Assembly: GCA_964035545.1 (NCBI GenBank)
Contig: OZ037766.1
Location: 18,811,081 to 18,875,080 of the forward strand
From: Bugula neritina
Lineage: Eukaryota > Animalia > Bryozoa
DNA: 64,000 nucleotides
Reading direction: 5' to 3'
A program made the translations under genes and the position numbers. Positions 29,401 to 43,363 of the stretch are shown piece by piece; within the stretch, counting starts at the first letter, position 1; each line of letters starts with the position of its first letter. The notes below the pieces were generated by a model. It did no database searches and was not told where the DNA came from. It saw only the letters and a program-made list of their open reading frames with translations.

Positions 29401-32400
29401 TGTTGCAAAGGTTTTCAATATGTTGCAGTATATTTAAGTATGTTGCAGTATGTTTCAGTGGGTTACAGTATATTTCATTATGTTGCAGTATGTTGCAGTA
29501 TATTTCAGTAGTTTGCAACATATTTCAGTAGGTTACCATATATTACGGTATGTTGCAGTATATTTCAATGTGTTGCAGCGTATTTCAATATGTTACAGTG
29601 TATTTCAGTATGTTGCAGTATGTTGCAGTGTATTTCAGTATGTTATGGTGCATTTAAGTATGTTTCAAAATTTTTAGGTATATTTCAGTATGTTGAAGTA
29701 TATTTTAGTATGTTGCAGTGTAATTCAGTATGTTGTCGTATGTTTTAGTATTTTACAGTAAATTTCTGTATATTGCAGTATACATCAGTGTGTTACAGTG
29801 TACTTCAGTATGTTGCGGTGTGTTTCAATGTGTTACAGTATATTTCAGTAGTTTACCATATATTTCGGTATGTTGCAGTATATTTCATTGTGGTGCACTG
29901 TATTTCAATATGTTACTGTGTATTTGAGTATGTTGTAGTATGTTGCATTGTATTTCAGTATGTTGCAGTGTATTTCAGTATGTTGCAGTATGTTGCAGTG
30001 TATTTCAGTATGTTACAGTGTATTTCAGTAAGTTGCAGTATCTTGCAGTATATTTCAGAATGTTGCAGTATATTTCAGTATGTTGCAGTATGTTGTAGTA
30101 CTTTACAGTTCATTTCTGTATATTACAGTATACATCAGTATGTTGCAGTGTCCTTCAGTATGTTGCGGTGTTTTTCATTGTGTTACAGTATATTTCAGTA
30201 GTTTACCATACATTTCGGTATGTTGCAGTATATTTCAATGTGGTGCACTGTATTTCAATATGTTACTGTGTACTTCAGTATGTTGTAGTATGTTGCAGTG
30301 TATTTCAGTATGTTGCAGTGTATTTCAGTATGTTGCAGTATGTTCTAGTATATTTCAGTATGTTACAGTGTATTTCAGTATGTTGCAGTGTATTTCAGTG
30401 TGTTACAGTATATTTCAGTATGTTACAGTACATTTCTTTATATTACACTATATTTCAGTGAGTTGCAGTGTAGTTCAGTGTGCTACAGCATATTTCAGTA
30501 TGTTGCAGTGTTTTTCAATTTGTTACAGTATATTTCAGTATACTACCATATATTTAAGTATGTTAAAGTTTATTCCAATGTGTTGTCGTGTATTTCAGTA
30601 TGTTACAGTGTATTTCAGTATGTTGCAGTATTTTGCAATATATTTCAAATGTTACAGTGTATTTCAGTATGTTGCAGTATATTTCAGTATGATACAATAA
30701 GTTTCGGTATGTTGGAGTATATTTCAGTGGGTTACAGCATATTTCAGTATGATACAGTGCATTTCGATTCGTTACAGTATATTTCAGTATCATACAGCGT
30801 ATTTCAGTATGTTTCAGTGTATTTCAGTATTCTTCAATATTTTTAAGTATATTTCAGTATGTTGAAGTATATTTTAGTATGTTGCAGTGTAATTCAGTAT
30901 GTTGCATTATATTTCAGTATGTTGTCATATGTTTCGGTATTTTACAGGACATTTCTGTATATTACAGCATACTTCAGTGTGTTGCAGTGTATTTCAGTAT
31001 GCTGCGATATGTTTAAATGTGTTACAGTATATTTCAAAAGTTTACCATATATTTCGGTATGTTGCAGTATATTTCAATGTGTTGCACTGCATTTCAATAT
31101 GTCACAGTATCCTTCATTTTGTTGCAGTATGTAGCAGTATATTTCAGTAGTTTGCAACATATCTCAGTAGGTTACCATATATTTCGGTATGATGCAGCAT
31201 ATTTCAGTATGTTACAGTGTATTTCAGTATGCTGCGGTGTGTTTCAATGTGTTACAGTATATTTCAGTAGTTTACCATATAATTCGGTATGTTGCAGTAT
31301 ATTTCAATGTGGTGCACTATATTTCAATATGTTACCGTGTATTTCAGTATGTTGTAGTATGTTGCAATGTATTTCAATATGTTGCAGTGCATTTCAGTAT
31401 GTTGCAGTATGTTCTAGTATATTTCAGTATGTTGCAGTATATTTCAGTATGTTGCAGTATATTATTTCAGTGGGTTACAGTATATTCCAGTATGTTGCAG
31501 TATATTGCAGTATAATTCAGTAGTTTGCAACATATTTCTGGAGGTTACCATATATTTCGGTATGTTGCAGTATATTTCAATGTGCTGCAGTGTATTTCAA
31601 TATGTTACAGTGTATTTCGGTATGTTGCAGTATGTTCTAGTATATTTCCGTATGTTACAGTGTATTTCAGTATGTTGCAGTGTATTTCAGTGTGTTACAG
31701 TATATTTCAGTATGTTACAGCACATTTCTTTGTATTACACTATATTTCAGTGAGTTGCAGTGTAGTTCAGTGTGCTACAGCATATCTGAGTATGTTGCAG
31801 TGTTTTTCAATTTGTTACCGTATATTTCAGTATATTACCGTATATTTAAGTATGTCAAAGTTTATTCCGATGTGTTGCAGTGTATTTCAGTATGTTTCAG
31901 TGTATTTCTGTATGTTGCAGTGTTTTGCAATATATTTCAAATGTTACAGTGTATTTCAGTGTGTTGCAGTATATTTCAGTATGATACAATAAGTTTCAGT
32001 ATGTTGAAGTATATTTCAGTGGGTTACAGTATATTTCAGTATGATACAGTGCATTTCGGTGCGTTACAGTATATTTCAGTATGATACAGCGTATTTCAGT
32101 ATGTTTCAGTGTATTTCAGTATACTTCAATATTTTTAGGTATATTTCAGTATGTTGAAGTATATTTTAGTATGTTGCAGTGTCATTCAATATGTTACAGT
32201 GTATTTCAGTATGTTGCAGTATGTTGCAGTGTATTTCAGTATGTTATGGTGTATTTCAGTATGTTTCAAAATTTTTAGGTATACTTCAGTATGTTGAATT
32301 ATATTTTAGTATGTTGCAGTGTAATTCAGTATGTTGCAGTATATTTCAGTGTGTTGTCGTATGTTTTAGTATTTTACAGTACATTTCTGTATATTACAGT

Positions 32401-35400
32401 ATACATCAGTGTGTTGCAGTGTACTTCAGTACGTTGCGGTGTGTTTCAATGTGTTACAGTATATTTCAGTAGTTTACCATATATTTCGGTATGTTGCAGT
32501 ATATTTCAATGTGGTGCACTGTATTTCAGTATGTCACTGTGTATTTCAGTATGTTGTAGTATGTTGTAATGTATTTCAGTATGTTGCAGTGTATTTCAGT
32601 ATGTTGCAGTATGTTGCAGTGTATTTCAGTATGTTACAGTGTATTTCAGTATGTTGCAGTATTTTGCAGTATATTTCAGTATGCTGCATTATATTTCAGT
32701 ATGTTGCAGTATATTTCAGTATGTTGCAGTATGTTTTAGTACTTTACAGTTCATTTCTGTATATTACAGTATACATCAGTATGTTGCAGTGTCCTTCAGT
32801 ATGTTGCGATCTGTTTCAATGTGTTACAGTATATTTCAGTAGTTACCATATATTTCGGTATGTTGCAGTATATTTCAATGTGGTGCACTGTATTTCAATA
32901 TGTTACTGTGTACTTCAGTATGTTGTAGTATGTTGCAGTGTATTTCAGTATGTTGCAGTGTATTTCAGTATGTTGCAGTATGTTCTAGTATATTTCAGTA
33001 TGTTACAGTGTATTTCAGTATGTTGCAGTGTATTTCAGTGTGTTACAGTATATTTCAGTATGTTACAGTATATTTCTTTATATTACACTATATTTCAGTG
33101 AGTTGCAGTGTAGTTCAGTGTGCTACAGCATATTTCAGTATGTTGCAGTGTTTTTCAATTTGTTACAGTACATTTCAGTATATTACCGTAAATTTAAGTA
33201 TGTTAAAGTTTATTCCGATGTGTTGCAGTGTATTTCAGTATGATACAGTGTATTTCAGTATGTTGCAGTATTTTGCAATATATTTCAAATGTTACAGTGT
33301 ATTTCGGTATGTTGCAGTATATTTCAGTATGATACAGCGTATTTCAGTATGTTTCAGTGTATTTCAGTATGCTTCAATATTTTTAAGTATATTTCAGTAT
33401 GTTGAAGTATATTTCAGTGGGTTACAGTATATTTCAGTATGATACAGTGCGTTTCGGTGCGTTACAGTATATTTCAGTATGATACAGCGTATTTCAGTAT
33501 GTTTCAGCGTATTTCAGTATGCTTCAATATTTTTAAGTATATTTCAGTATGTTGAAGTATATTTTAGTATGTTGCAGTATATTTCAGTGTTTTACAGGAC
33601 ATTTCTGTATATTACAGTGTACTTCAGTGTGTTGCAGTGTATTTGAGTATGCTGCGATATGTTTAAATGTGTTACAGTATATTGCAGTAGTTTACCATAT
33701 ATTTCGGTATGTTGCAGTATATTTCAATGTGTTGCACTGCATTTCAATATGTTACAGTATATTTCATTTTGTTGCAGTATGTTGCAGTATATTTCAGTAG
33801 TTTGCAACATATCTCAGTAGGTTACCATATATTTCGGTATGATGCAGCATATTTCAGTATGTTACAGTGTATTTCAGTATGTTGCGGTATCTTGCAGTAT
33901 ATTTGAGTAGGTAGCAGTATATTTCAGTATGCTGCAGTCTGTTTCAGTATATTACAGTATATTCCAGTATTCTGCAGTATGTTTCAGGGTGTTACAGTAT
34001 ATTTCATTATGTTGCAGTATGTTGCAGTATATTTCAGTAGTTTGCAACATATTTCTGTAGGTTACCATATATTTCGGTATGTTGCAGCATATTTCAATCT
34101 GTTGCAGTGTTTTCAGTATGTTGCAGTATATTTCAGTGGGTTGTAGTATATTTCAGTATGATACAGCGTAGTTCAGTATGTTGCAAAGGTTTTCAATATG
34201 TTGCAGTATATTTAAGTATGTTGCAGTATCTTTCAGTGGGTTACAGTATATTTCATTATGTTGCAGTATGTTGCAGTATATTTCAGTAGTTTGCAACATA
34301 TTTCAGTAGGTTACCATATATTACGGTATGTTGCAGTATATTTCAATGTGTTGCAGCGTATTTCAATATGTTACAGTGTATTTCAGTATGTTGCAGTATG
34401 TTGCAGTGTATTTCAGTATGTTATGGTGCATTTCAGTATGTTTCAAAATTTTTAGGTATATTTCAGTATGTTGAAGTATATTTTAGTATGTTGCAGTGTA
34501 ATTCAGTATGTTGTCGTATGTTTTAGTATTTTAAAGTACATTTCTGTATATTGCAGTATACATCAGTGTGTTGCAGTGTACTTCAGTATGTTGCGGTGTG
34601 TTTCAATGTGTTACAGTATATTTCAGTAGTTTACCATATATTTCGGTATGTTGCAGTATATTTCAATGTGGTGCACTGTATTTCAATATGTTACTGTGTT
34701 ATTGAGTATGTTGTAGTATGTTGCATTGTATTTCAGTATGTTGCAGTGTATTTCAGTATGTTGCAGTATGTTGCAGTGTATTTCAGTGTGTTACAGTGTA
34801 TTTCAGTATGTTGCAGTATCTTGCAGTATATTTCAGTATGTTGCAGGATATTTCAGTATGTTGCAGTATGTTTTAGTACTTTACAGTTCATTTCTGTAAA
34901 TTACAGTATATTTCAGTATGTTGCAGTATATTTCAGTGGGTTACAGTATATTGCAGTATGTTCCAGTATGTTGCAGTATATTTCAGTATGTTGCAGTGTA
35001 TTTCAGTATGTTACAGTGTATTTCAGTGGTTTGTAACATATTTCAGTAGTTTACCATACATTTCGGTATGTTGCAGTATATTTCAATGTGGTGCACTGTA
35101 TTTCAATATGTTACTGTGTACTTCAGTATGTTGCAGTGTGTTTCAGTATGTTGCAGTATATTTAAGTATGTTGCAGTATGTTTCAGTGGGTTACAGTATA
35201 TTTCATTATGTTGCAGGATGGTACAGTATATTGCAGTAGTTTGCAACATATTTCAGTAGGTTACCATACATTACGGTATGTTGCAGTATATTTCAATGTG
35301 TTGCAGCGTATTTCAATATGTTACAGTGTATTTCAGTATGTTGCAGTATTGTGCAGTGTATTTCAGTATGTTATTGTGTATTTCAGTATGTTGTAGTATG

Positions 35401-38400
35401 TTGCAGTGTATTTCAGTATGTTGCAGTGTATTTCAGTATGTTGCAGTATGTTTTAGTACTTTACAGTTCATTTCTGTATATTACAGTATACATCAGTATG
35501 TTGCAGTGTCCTTCAGTATGTTGCGGTGTGTTTCAATGTGTTACAGTATATTTCAGTAGTTACCATATATTTCGGTATGTTGCAGTATATTTCAATGTGG
35601 TGCACTGTATTTCAATATGTTACTGTGTACTTCAGTATGTTGTAGTATGTTGCAGTGTATTTCAGTATGTTGCAGTGTATTTCAGTATGTTGCGGTATGT
35701 TCTAGTATATTTCAGTGTGTTACAGTATATTTCAGTATATTACAGTATATTTCTTTATATTACACTATATTTCAGTGAGTTGCAGTGTAGTTCAGTGTGC
35801 TACAGCATATTTCAGTATGTTGCAGTGTTGTTCAATTTGTTACAGTACATTTCAGTATATTACCGTAAATTTAAGTATGTTAAAGTTTATTCCGATGTGT
35901 TGCAGTGTATTTCAGTATGTTACAGTGTATTTCAGTATGTTGCAGTATTTTGCAATATATTTCAAATGTTACAGTGTATTTCAGTATGTTGCAGTATATT
36001 TCAGTATGATACAATAAGTTTCAGTATGTTTCAGTGGGTTACAGTATCTTTCAGTATGATACAGTGCGTTTTGGTGCGTTACAGTATATTTCAGTATGAT
36101 ACAGCGTATTTCAGTATGTTTCAATGTATTTCAGTATGCTTCAATATTTTTAAGTATATTTCAGTATGTTGAAGTATATTTTAGTATGTTGCAGTGTAAT
36201 TCAGTATGTTGCAGTATATTTCAGTATGTTGTCGTATGTTTCAGTGATTTACAGGACATTTCTGTATATTACAGTATACTTCAGTGTGTTGAGGTGTGTT
36301 TCAGTATGCTGCGATATGTTTAAATGTGTTACAGTATGTTTCAGTAGTTTACCATATATTTCCGTATGTTGCAGTATATTTCAATGTGTTGCATTGCATT
36401 TCAATATGTTACAGTATATTTCATTTTGTTGCAGTATGTTGCAGTATATTTCAGTAGTTTGCAACATATCTCAGTAGGTTACCATATATTTCGGTATGAT
36501 GCAGCATATTTCAGTATGTTACAGTGTATTTCAGTATGTTGCAGTATCTTGCAGTATATTTCAGTATGTAGCAGTATATTTCAGTATGTTGCAGTCTGTT
36601 TCAGTATATTACAGTATATACCCGTATTTTGCAAAATGTTTCAGGGTGTTACAGTATATTTCATTAATTTGCAGTATGTTGCAGTATATTTCAGTAGTTT
36701 GCAACATATTTCAGTAGGTTACCATATATTTCGGTATTTTGCAGCGTATTTCAATCTGTTGCAGTGTTTTCAGTATGTTGCAGTGTATTTCAGTGGGTTA
36801 AAGTATATTTCAGTATAATACAGCGTAGTTCAGTATGTTGCAAAGTTTTTCAATATGTTGCAGTATATTTAAGTATGTTGCAGTATGTTTCAGTGGGTTA
36901 CAGTATATTTCATTATGTTGCAGTATGTTGCAGTATATTTCAGTAGTTTGCAACATATTTCAGTAGGTTACCATATATTACGGTATTTTGCAGTATATTT
37001 CAATGTGTTGCAGCGTATTTCAATATGTTACAGTGTATTTCAGTATGTTGCAGTATGTCGCAGTGTATTTCAATATGTTATGGTGCATTTCAGTATGTTT
37101 CAAAATTTTTAGGTATATTTCAGTATGTTGAAGTATATTTTAGTACGTTGCAGTGTAATTCAGTATGTTGTTGTATGTTTTAGTATTTTACAGTACATTT
37201 CTGTATATTGCAGTATACATCAGTGTGTTGCAGTGTACTTCAGTACGTTGCGGTGTGTTTCAATGTGTTACAGTATATTTCAGTAGTTTACTATATATTT
37301 CGGTATGTTGCAGTATATTTCAATGTGGTGCACTGTATTTGAATATGTTACTAAGTATTTGAGTATGTTGTAGTATGTTGCATTGTATTTCAGTATGTTG
37401 CAGTGTATTTCAGTATGTTGCAGTATGTTGCAGTGTATTTCAGTATGTTACAGTGTATTTCAGTATGTTGCAGTATCTTGCAGTATATTTCAGTATGTTG
37501 CAGGATATTTCAGTATGTTGCAGTATGTTTTAGTACTTTACAGTTCATTTCTGTAAATTACAGTATATTTCAGTATGTTGCAGTATATTTCAGTGGGTTT
37601 CAGTATATTCCAGTATGTTCCAGTATGTTGCAGTATATTTCAGTATGTTGCAGTGTATTTCAATATGTTACAGTGTATTTCAGTGGTTTGTAACATATTT
37701 CAGTAGTTTACCATACATTTTGGTATGTTGCAGTATATTTCAATGTGGTGCACTGTATTTCAATATGTTACTGTGTACTTCAGTATGTTGCAGTATGTTT
37801 CAGTATGTTGCAGTATATTTAAGTATGTTGCAGTATGTTTCAGTGGGTTACAGTATATTTCATTATGTTGCAGGATGTTACAGTATATTTCAGTAGTTTG
37901 CAACATATTTCAGTAGGTTACGATACAGTACGGTATGTTGCAGTATATTTCAATGTGTTGCAGCGTATTTCAATATGTTACAGTGTATTTCAGTATGTTG
38001 CAGTATTGTGCAGTGTATTTCAGTACGTTATTGTGTATTTCAGTATGTTGTAGTATGTTGCAGTGTATTTCAGTATGTTGCAGTGTATTTCAGTATGTTG
38101 CAGTATTTTGCAGCATATTTCAGTATGTTACAGCGTATTTCAGTATGTTGCAGGTATTTCAGTGTGTTACAGTATAATATTTCAGTATATTAGAGTACAC
38201 TTCCGTAAATTACACTATACTTCAGTGAGCTGTAGTCTATTTCAGTATCTTGCAGTATATCTCAGTATGTTACAGTATATTTCAGCATGTTGCAGTATGT
38301 TTCAGTGTGTTACAGTATATTTCATTATGTTACAGTGCATTTCCAGATACTACACTATACTTCAGTGAGTTTTAGTGTTTTTCAGTAAGTTGCAGTATGT

Positions 38401-39098
38401 TTCGGTATCTTGCAACATATTTCAATGTGTTGCAATGTATTTCTATATGTTACAGTGTATTTCAGTATGTTGCAGCATGTTGCAGTGTACTTCAGTATGT
38501 TACAGTGTATTTCAGTATGTTGCAGTATATTATTTCAGTGGGTTACAGTATATTCCAGTATGTTGCAGTATGTTGCAGTATATTTCAGTATGTTGCAGTA
38601 TATTATTTCATGGGGTTACAGTATATTCCAGTATGTTGCAGTATGTTGCAGTATATTTCAGTATGATACAATAAGTTTCAGTATGTTTCGGTGGGTTACA
38701 GTATCTTTCAGTATGATACAGTGCGTTTTGGTGCGTTACAGTATATTTCAGTATGATACAGCGTATTTCAGTATGTTTCAGTGTATTTCAGTATGCTTCA
38801 ATATTTTTAAGTATATTTCAGTATGTTGAAGTATATTTTAGTATGTTGCAGTGTAATTCAATATGTTTCAGTATATTTCAGTATGTTGTCGTATGTTTCA
38901 GTGTTTTACAGGACATTTCTGTATATTACAGTATACTTCAGTGTGTTGCAGTGTATTTCAGTATGCTGCGATATGTTTAAATGTGTTACAGTATATTTCA
39001 GTAGTTTACCATATATTTCGGTATGTTGCAGTATATTTCAATGTGTTGCACTGCATTTCAACATGTTACAGTATATTTCATTTTGTTGCAGTATGTTG

Positions 39099-40736
39099 CA
39101 GTATATTTCAGTAGTTTGCAACATATCTCAGTAGGTTACCATATATTTCGGTATGATGCAGCATATTTCAGTATGTTACAGTGTATTTCAGTATGTTGCA
39201 GTATATTTCAGTATGTAGCAGTATATTTCAGTATGTTGCAGTCTGTTTCAGTATATTACAGTATATTCCAGTATTTTGCAGTATGTTTCAGGGTGTTACA
39301 GTATATTTCATTATGTTGCAGTATGTTGCAGTATATTTCAGTAGTTTGCAACATATTTCAGTAGGTTACCATATATTTCGGTATGTTGCAGCATATTTCA
39401 ATCTGTTGCAGTGTTTTCAGTATGTTGCAGTATATTTCAGTGGGTTGTAGTATATTTCAGTATGATACAGCGTAGTTCAGTATGTTGCAAAGTTTTTCAA
39501 TATGTTGCAGTATATTTAAGTATGTTGCAGTATGTTTCAGTGGGGTACAGTATATTTCATTATGTTGCAGTATGTTGCAGTATATTTCAGTAGTTTGCAA
39601 CATATTTCAGAAGGTTACCATATATTACAGTATGTTGCAGTATATTTCAATGTGTTGCAGCGTATTTCAATATGTTACAATGTATTTCAGTATGTTGCAG
39701 TATGTTGCAGTGTATTTCAATATGTTATGGTGCATTTCAGTATGTTTCAAAATTTTTAGGTATATTTCAGTATGTTGAAGTATATTTTAGTATGTTGCAG
39801 TGTAATTCAGTATGTTGTCGTGTGTTTTAGTATTTTACAGTACATTTCTGTATATTGCAGTATACATCAGTGTGTTGCAGTGTACTTCAGTATGTTGCGG
39901 TGTGTTTCAATGTGTTACAGTATATTTCAGTAGTTTGCAACATATCTCAGTAGGTTACCATATATTTCGGTATGATGCAGCATATTTCAGTATGTTACAG
40001 TGTATTTCAGTATGTTGCAGTATATTTCAGTATGTAGCAGTATATTTCAGTATGTTGCAGTCTGTTTCAGTATATTACAGTATATTCCAGTATTTTGCAG
40101 CATGTTTCAGGGTGTTACAGTATATTTCATTATGTTGCAGTATGTTGCAGTATATTTCAGTAGTTTGCAACATATTTCAGTAGGTTACCATATATTTCGG
40201 TATGTTGCAGCATATTTCAATCTGTTGCAGTGTTTTCAGTATGTTGCAGTATATTTCAGTGGGTTATAGTATATTTCAGTATGATACAGCGTAGTTAAGT
40301 ATGTTGCAAAGTTTTTCAATATGTTGCAGTATATTTAAGTATGTTGCAGTATGTTTCAGTGGGGTACAGTATATTTCATTATGTTGCAGTATGTTGCAGT
40401 ATATTTCAGTAGTTTGCAACATATTTCAGAAGGTTACCATATATTACAGTATGTTGCAGTATATTTTAATGTGTTGCAGCGTATTTCAATATGTTACAAT
40501 GTATTTCAGTATGTTGCAGTATGTTGCAGTGTATTTCAATATGTTATGGTGCATTTCAGTATGTTTCAAAATTTTTAGGTATATTTCAGTATGTTGAAGT
40601 ATATTTTAGTATGTTGCAGTGTAATTCAGTATGTTGTCGTGTGTTTTAGTATTTTACAGTACATTTCTGTATATTGCAGTATACATCAGTGTGTTGCAGT
40701 GTACTTCAGTATGTTGCGGTGTGTTTCAATGTGTTA
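39099..40736 (+). repeat. Second occurrence of the 819-bp tandem duplication (in macro-unit II)
   Basis: Pairs 39181/40000, 39532/40351 and 39812/40631; offset 20249 from the first occurrence. Confidence 0.9.
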
Positions 40737-43363
40737 CAGTATATTTCAGTAGTTTACCATATATTTCGGTATGTTGCAGTATATTTCAATGTGGTGCACT
40801 GTATTTCAATATGTTACTGTGTATTTGAGTATGTTGTAGTATGTTGCATTGTATTTCAGTATGTTGCAGTGTATTTCAGTATGCTGCAGTATGTTGCAGT
40901 GTATTTCAGTATGTTACAGTGTATTTCAGTATGTTGCAGTATCTTGCAGTATAATTCAGTATGTTGCAGTATATTTCAGTATGTTGCAGTATGTTTTAGT
41001 ACTTTACAGTTCATTTCTGTATATTACAATATACATCAGTATGTTGCAGTGTCCTTCAGTATGTTGCGGTGTTTTTCAATGTGTTACAGTATATTTCAGT
41101 AGTTTACCATACATTTCGGTATGTTGCAGTATATTTCAATGTGGTGCACTGTATTTCAATATGTTACTGTGTACTTCAGTATGTTGTAGTATGTTGCAGC
41201 GTATTTCAGTACCTTGCGGTGTATTTCAGTATGTTGCAGTATGTTCTAGTATATTTCAGTATGTTACAGTGTATTTCAGTATGTTGCAGTGTTGTTCAAT
41301 TTGTTAGAGTACATTTCAGTATATTACCGTAAATTTAAGTATGTTAAAGTTTTATCCGATGTGTTGCAGTGTATTTCAGTATGTTACAGTGTATTTCAGT
41401 ATGTTGCAGTATATTTCAGTATGATACAGTGCGTTTCTGTGCGTTACAGTATATTTCAGTATGATACAGCGTATTTCAGTATGTTATAGTGTATTTCAGT
41501 ATGCTTCAATATTTTTAAGTATATTTCAGTATGTTGAAGTATATTTTAGTATGTTGCCGTGTAATTCAGTATGTTGCAGTATATTTCAGTATGTTGTCGT
41601 ATGTTTCAGTGTTTTACAGGACATTTCTGTATATTACAGTATACTTCAGTGTGTTGCAGTGTATTTCAGTATGCTGCGATATGTTTAAATGTGTTACAGT
41701 ATATTTCAGTAGTTTACCATATATTTCGGTATGTTGCAGTATATTTCAATGTGTTGCACTGCATTTCAATATGTTACAGTATATTTCATTTTGTTGCAGT
41801 ATGTTGCAGTATATTTCAGTAGTTTGCAACATATCTCAGTAGGTTACCATATATTTCGGTATGATGCAGCATATTTCAGTGTGTTACAGTGTATTTCAGT
41901 ATGTTGCAGTATCTTGCAGTATATTTCAGTATGTAGCAGTATATTTCAGTATGTTGCAGTCTGTTTCAGTATATTACAATATATTCCAGTATTTTGCAGT
42001 ATGTTTCAGGGTGTTACAGTATATTTCATTATGTTACAGTGTATTTCAGTATGTTGCAGTATTGTGCAGTGTATTTCAGTATGTTATTGTGTATTTCAGT
42101 ATGTTGTAGTATGTTGCAGTGTATTTCAGTATGTTATGGTGTATTTCAGTATGTTGCAGTGTCTTGCAGTATATTTCAGTATTTTGCAGTATATTTCAGT
42201 ATGTTGCAGTACATTTCAGTATGTTGCAGTTTGTTTTAGTACTTTACTGTTCATTTCTGTATATTACAGTATACATCAGTATGTGGCAGTGTCCTTCAGT
42301 ATGTTGCGGTGTGTTTCAGTGTATTACAGTATATTTCAGTAGTTACCATATATTTCGGTATGTTGCAGTATATTTCAATGTGGTGCACTGTATTTCAATA
42401 TGTTACTGTGTACTTCAGTATGTTGTAGTATGTTGCAGTGTAGTTCAGTATGTTGCAGTGTATTTCAGTATGTTGCGGTATGTTCTAGTATATTTCAGTA
42501 TGTTACAGTGTATTTCAGTATGTTGCAGTGTATTTCAGTGTGTTACAGTATATTTCAGTATGTTACAGTATATTTCTTTATATTACACTATATTTCAGTG
42601 AGATGCAGTGTAGTTCAGTGTGCTACAGCATATTTCAGTATGTTGCAGTGTTGTTCAATTTGTTACAGTACATTTCAGTATATTACCGTAAATTTAAGTT
42701 TGTTAAAGTTTATTCCGATGTGTTGCAGTGTATTTCAGTATGTTACAGTGTATTTCAGTATGTTGCAGTATTTTGCAATATATTTCAAATGTTACAGTGT
42801 ATTTCAGTATGTTGCAGTATATTTCAGTATGATACAATAAGTTTCAGTATGTTTCAGTGGGTTACAGTATCTTTCAGTATGATACAGTGCGTTTTGGTGC
42901 GTTACAGTATATTTCAGTATGATACAGCGTATTTCAGTATGTTGCAAAGGTTTTCAATATGTTGCAGTATATTTTGGTATGTTGCAGTGTAATTCAGTAT
43001 GTTGCAGTATATTTCAGTATGTTGTCGTATGTTTCAGTGTTTTACAGGACATTTCTGTATATTACAGTATACTTCAGTGTGTTGCAGTGTATTTCAGTAT
43101 GCTGCGATATGTTTAAATGTGTTACAGTATATTTCAGTAGTTTACCATATATTTCGGTATGTTGCAGTATATTTCAATGTGTTGCACTGCATTTCAATAT
43201 GTTACAGTATATTTCATTTTGTTGCAGTATTCTGCAGTATATTTCAGTAGTTTGCAACATATCTCAGTAGGTTACCATATATTTCGGTATGATGCAGCAT
43301 ATTTCAGTGTGTTACAGTGTATTTCAGTATGTTGCAGTATCTTGCAGTATATTTCAGTATGTA

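Noticed and set aside
30563-30793. Single minus-strand ORF (76 aa)
   Set aside because: It is created by a private G>C change (TATCATAC vs TATGATAC at the paralogous site near 8306) that makes a minus-strand ATG inside satellite sequence.
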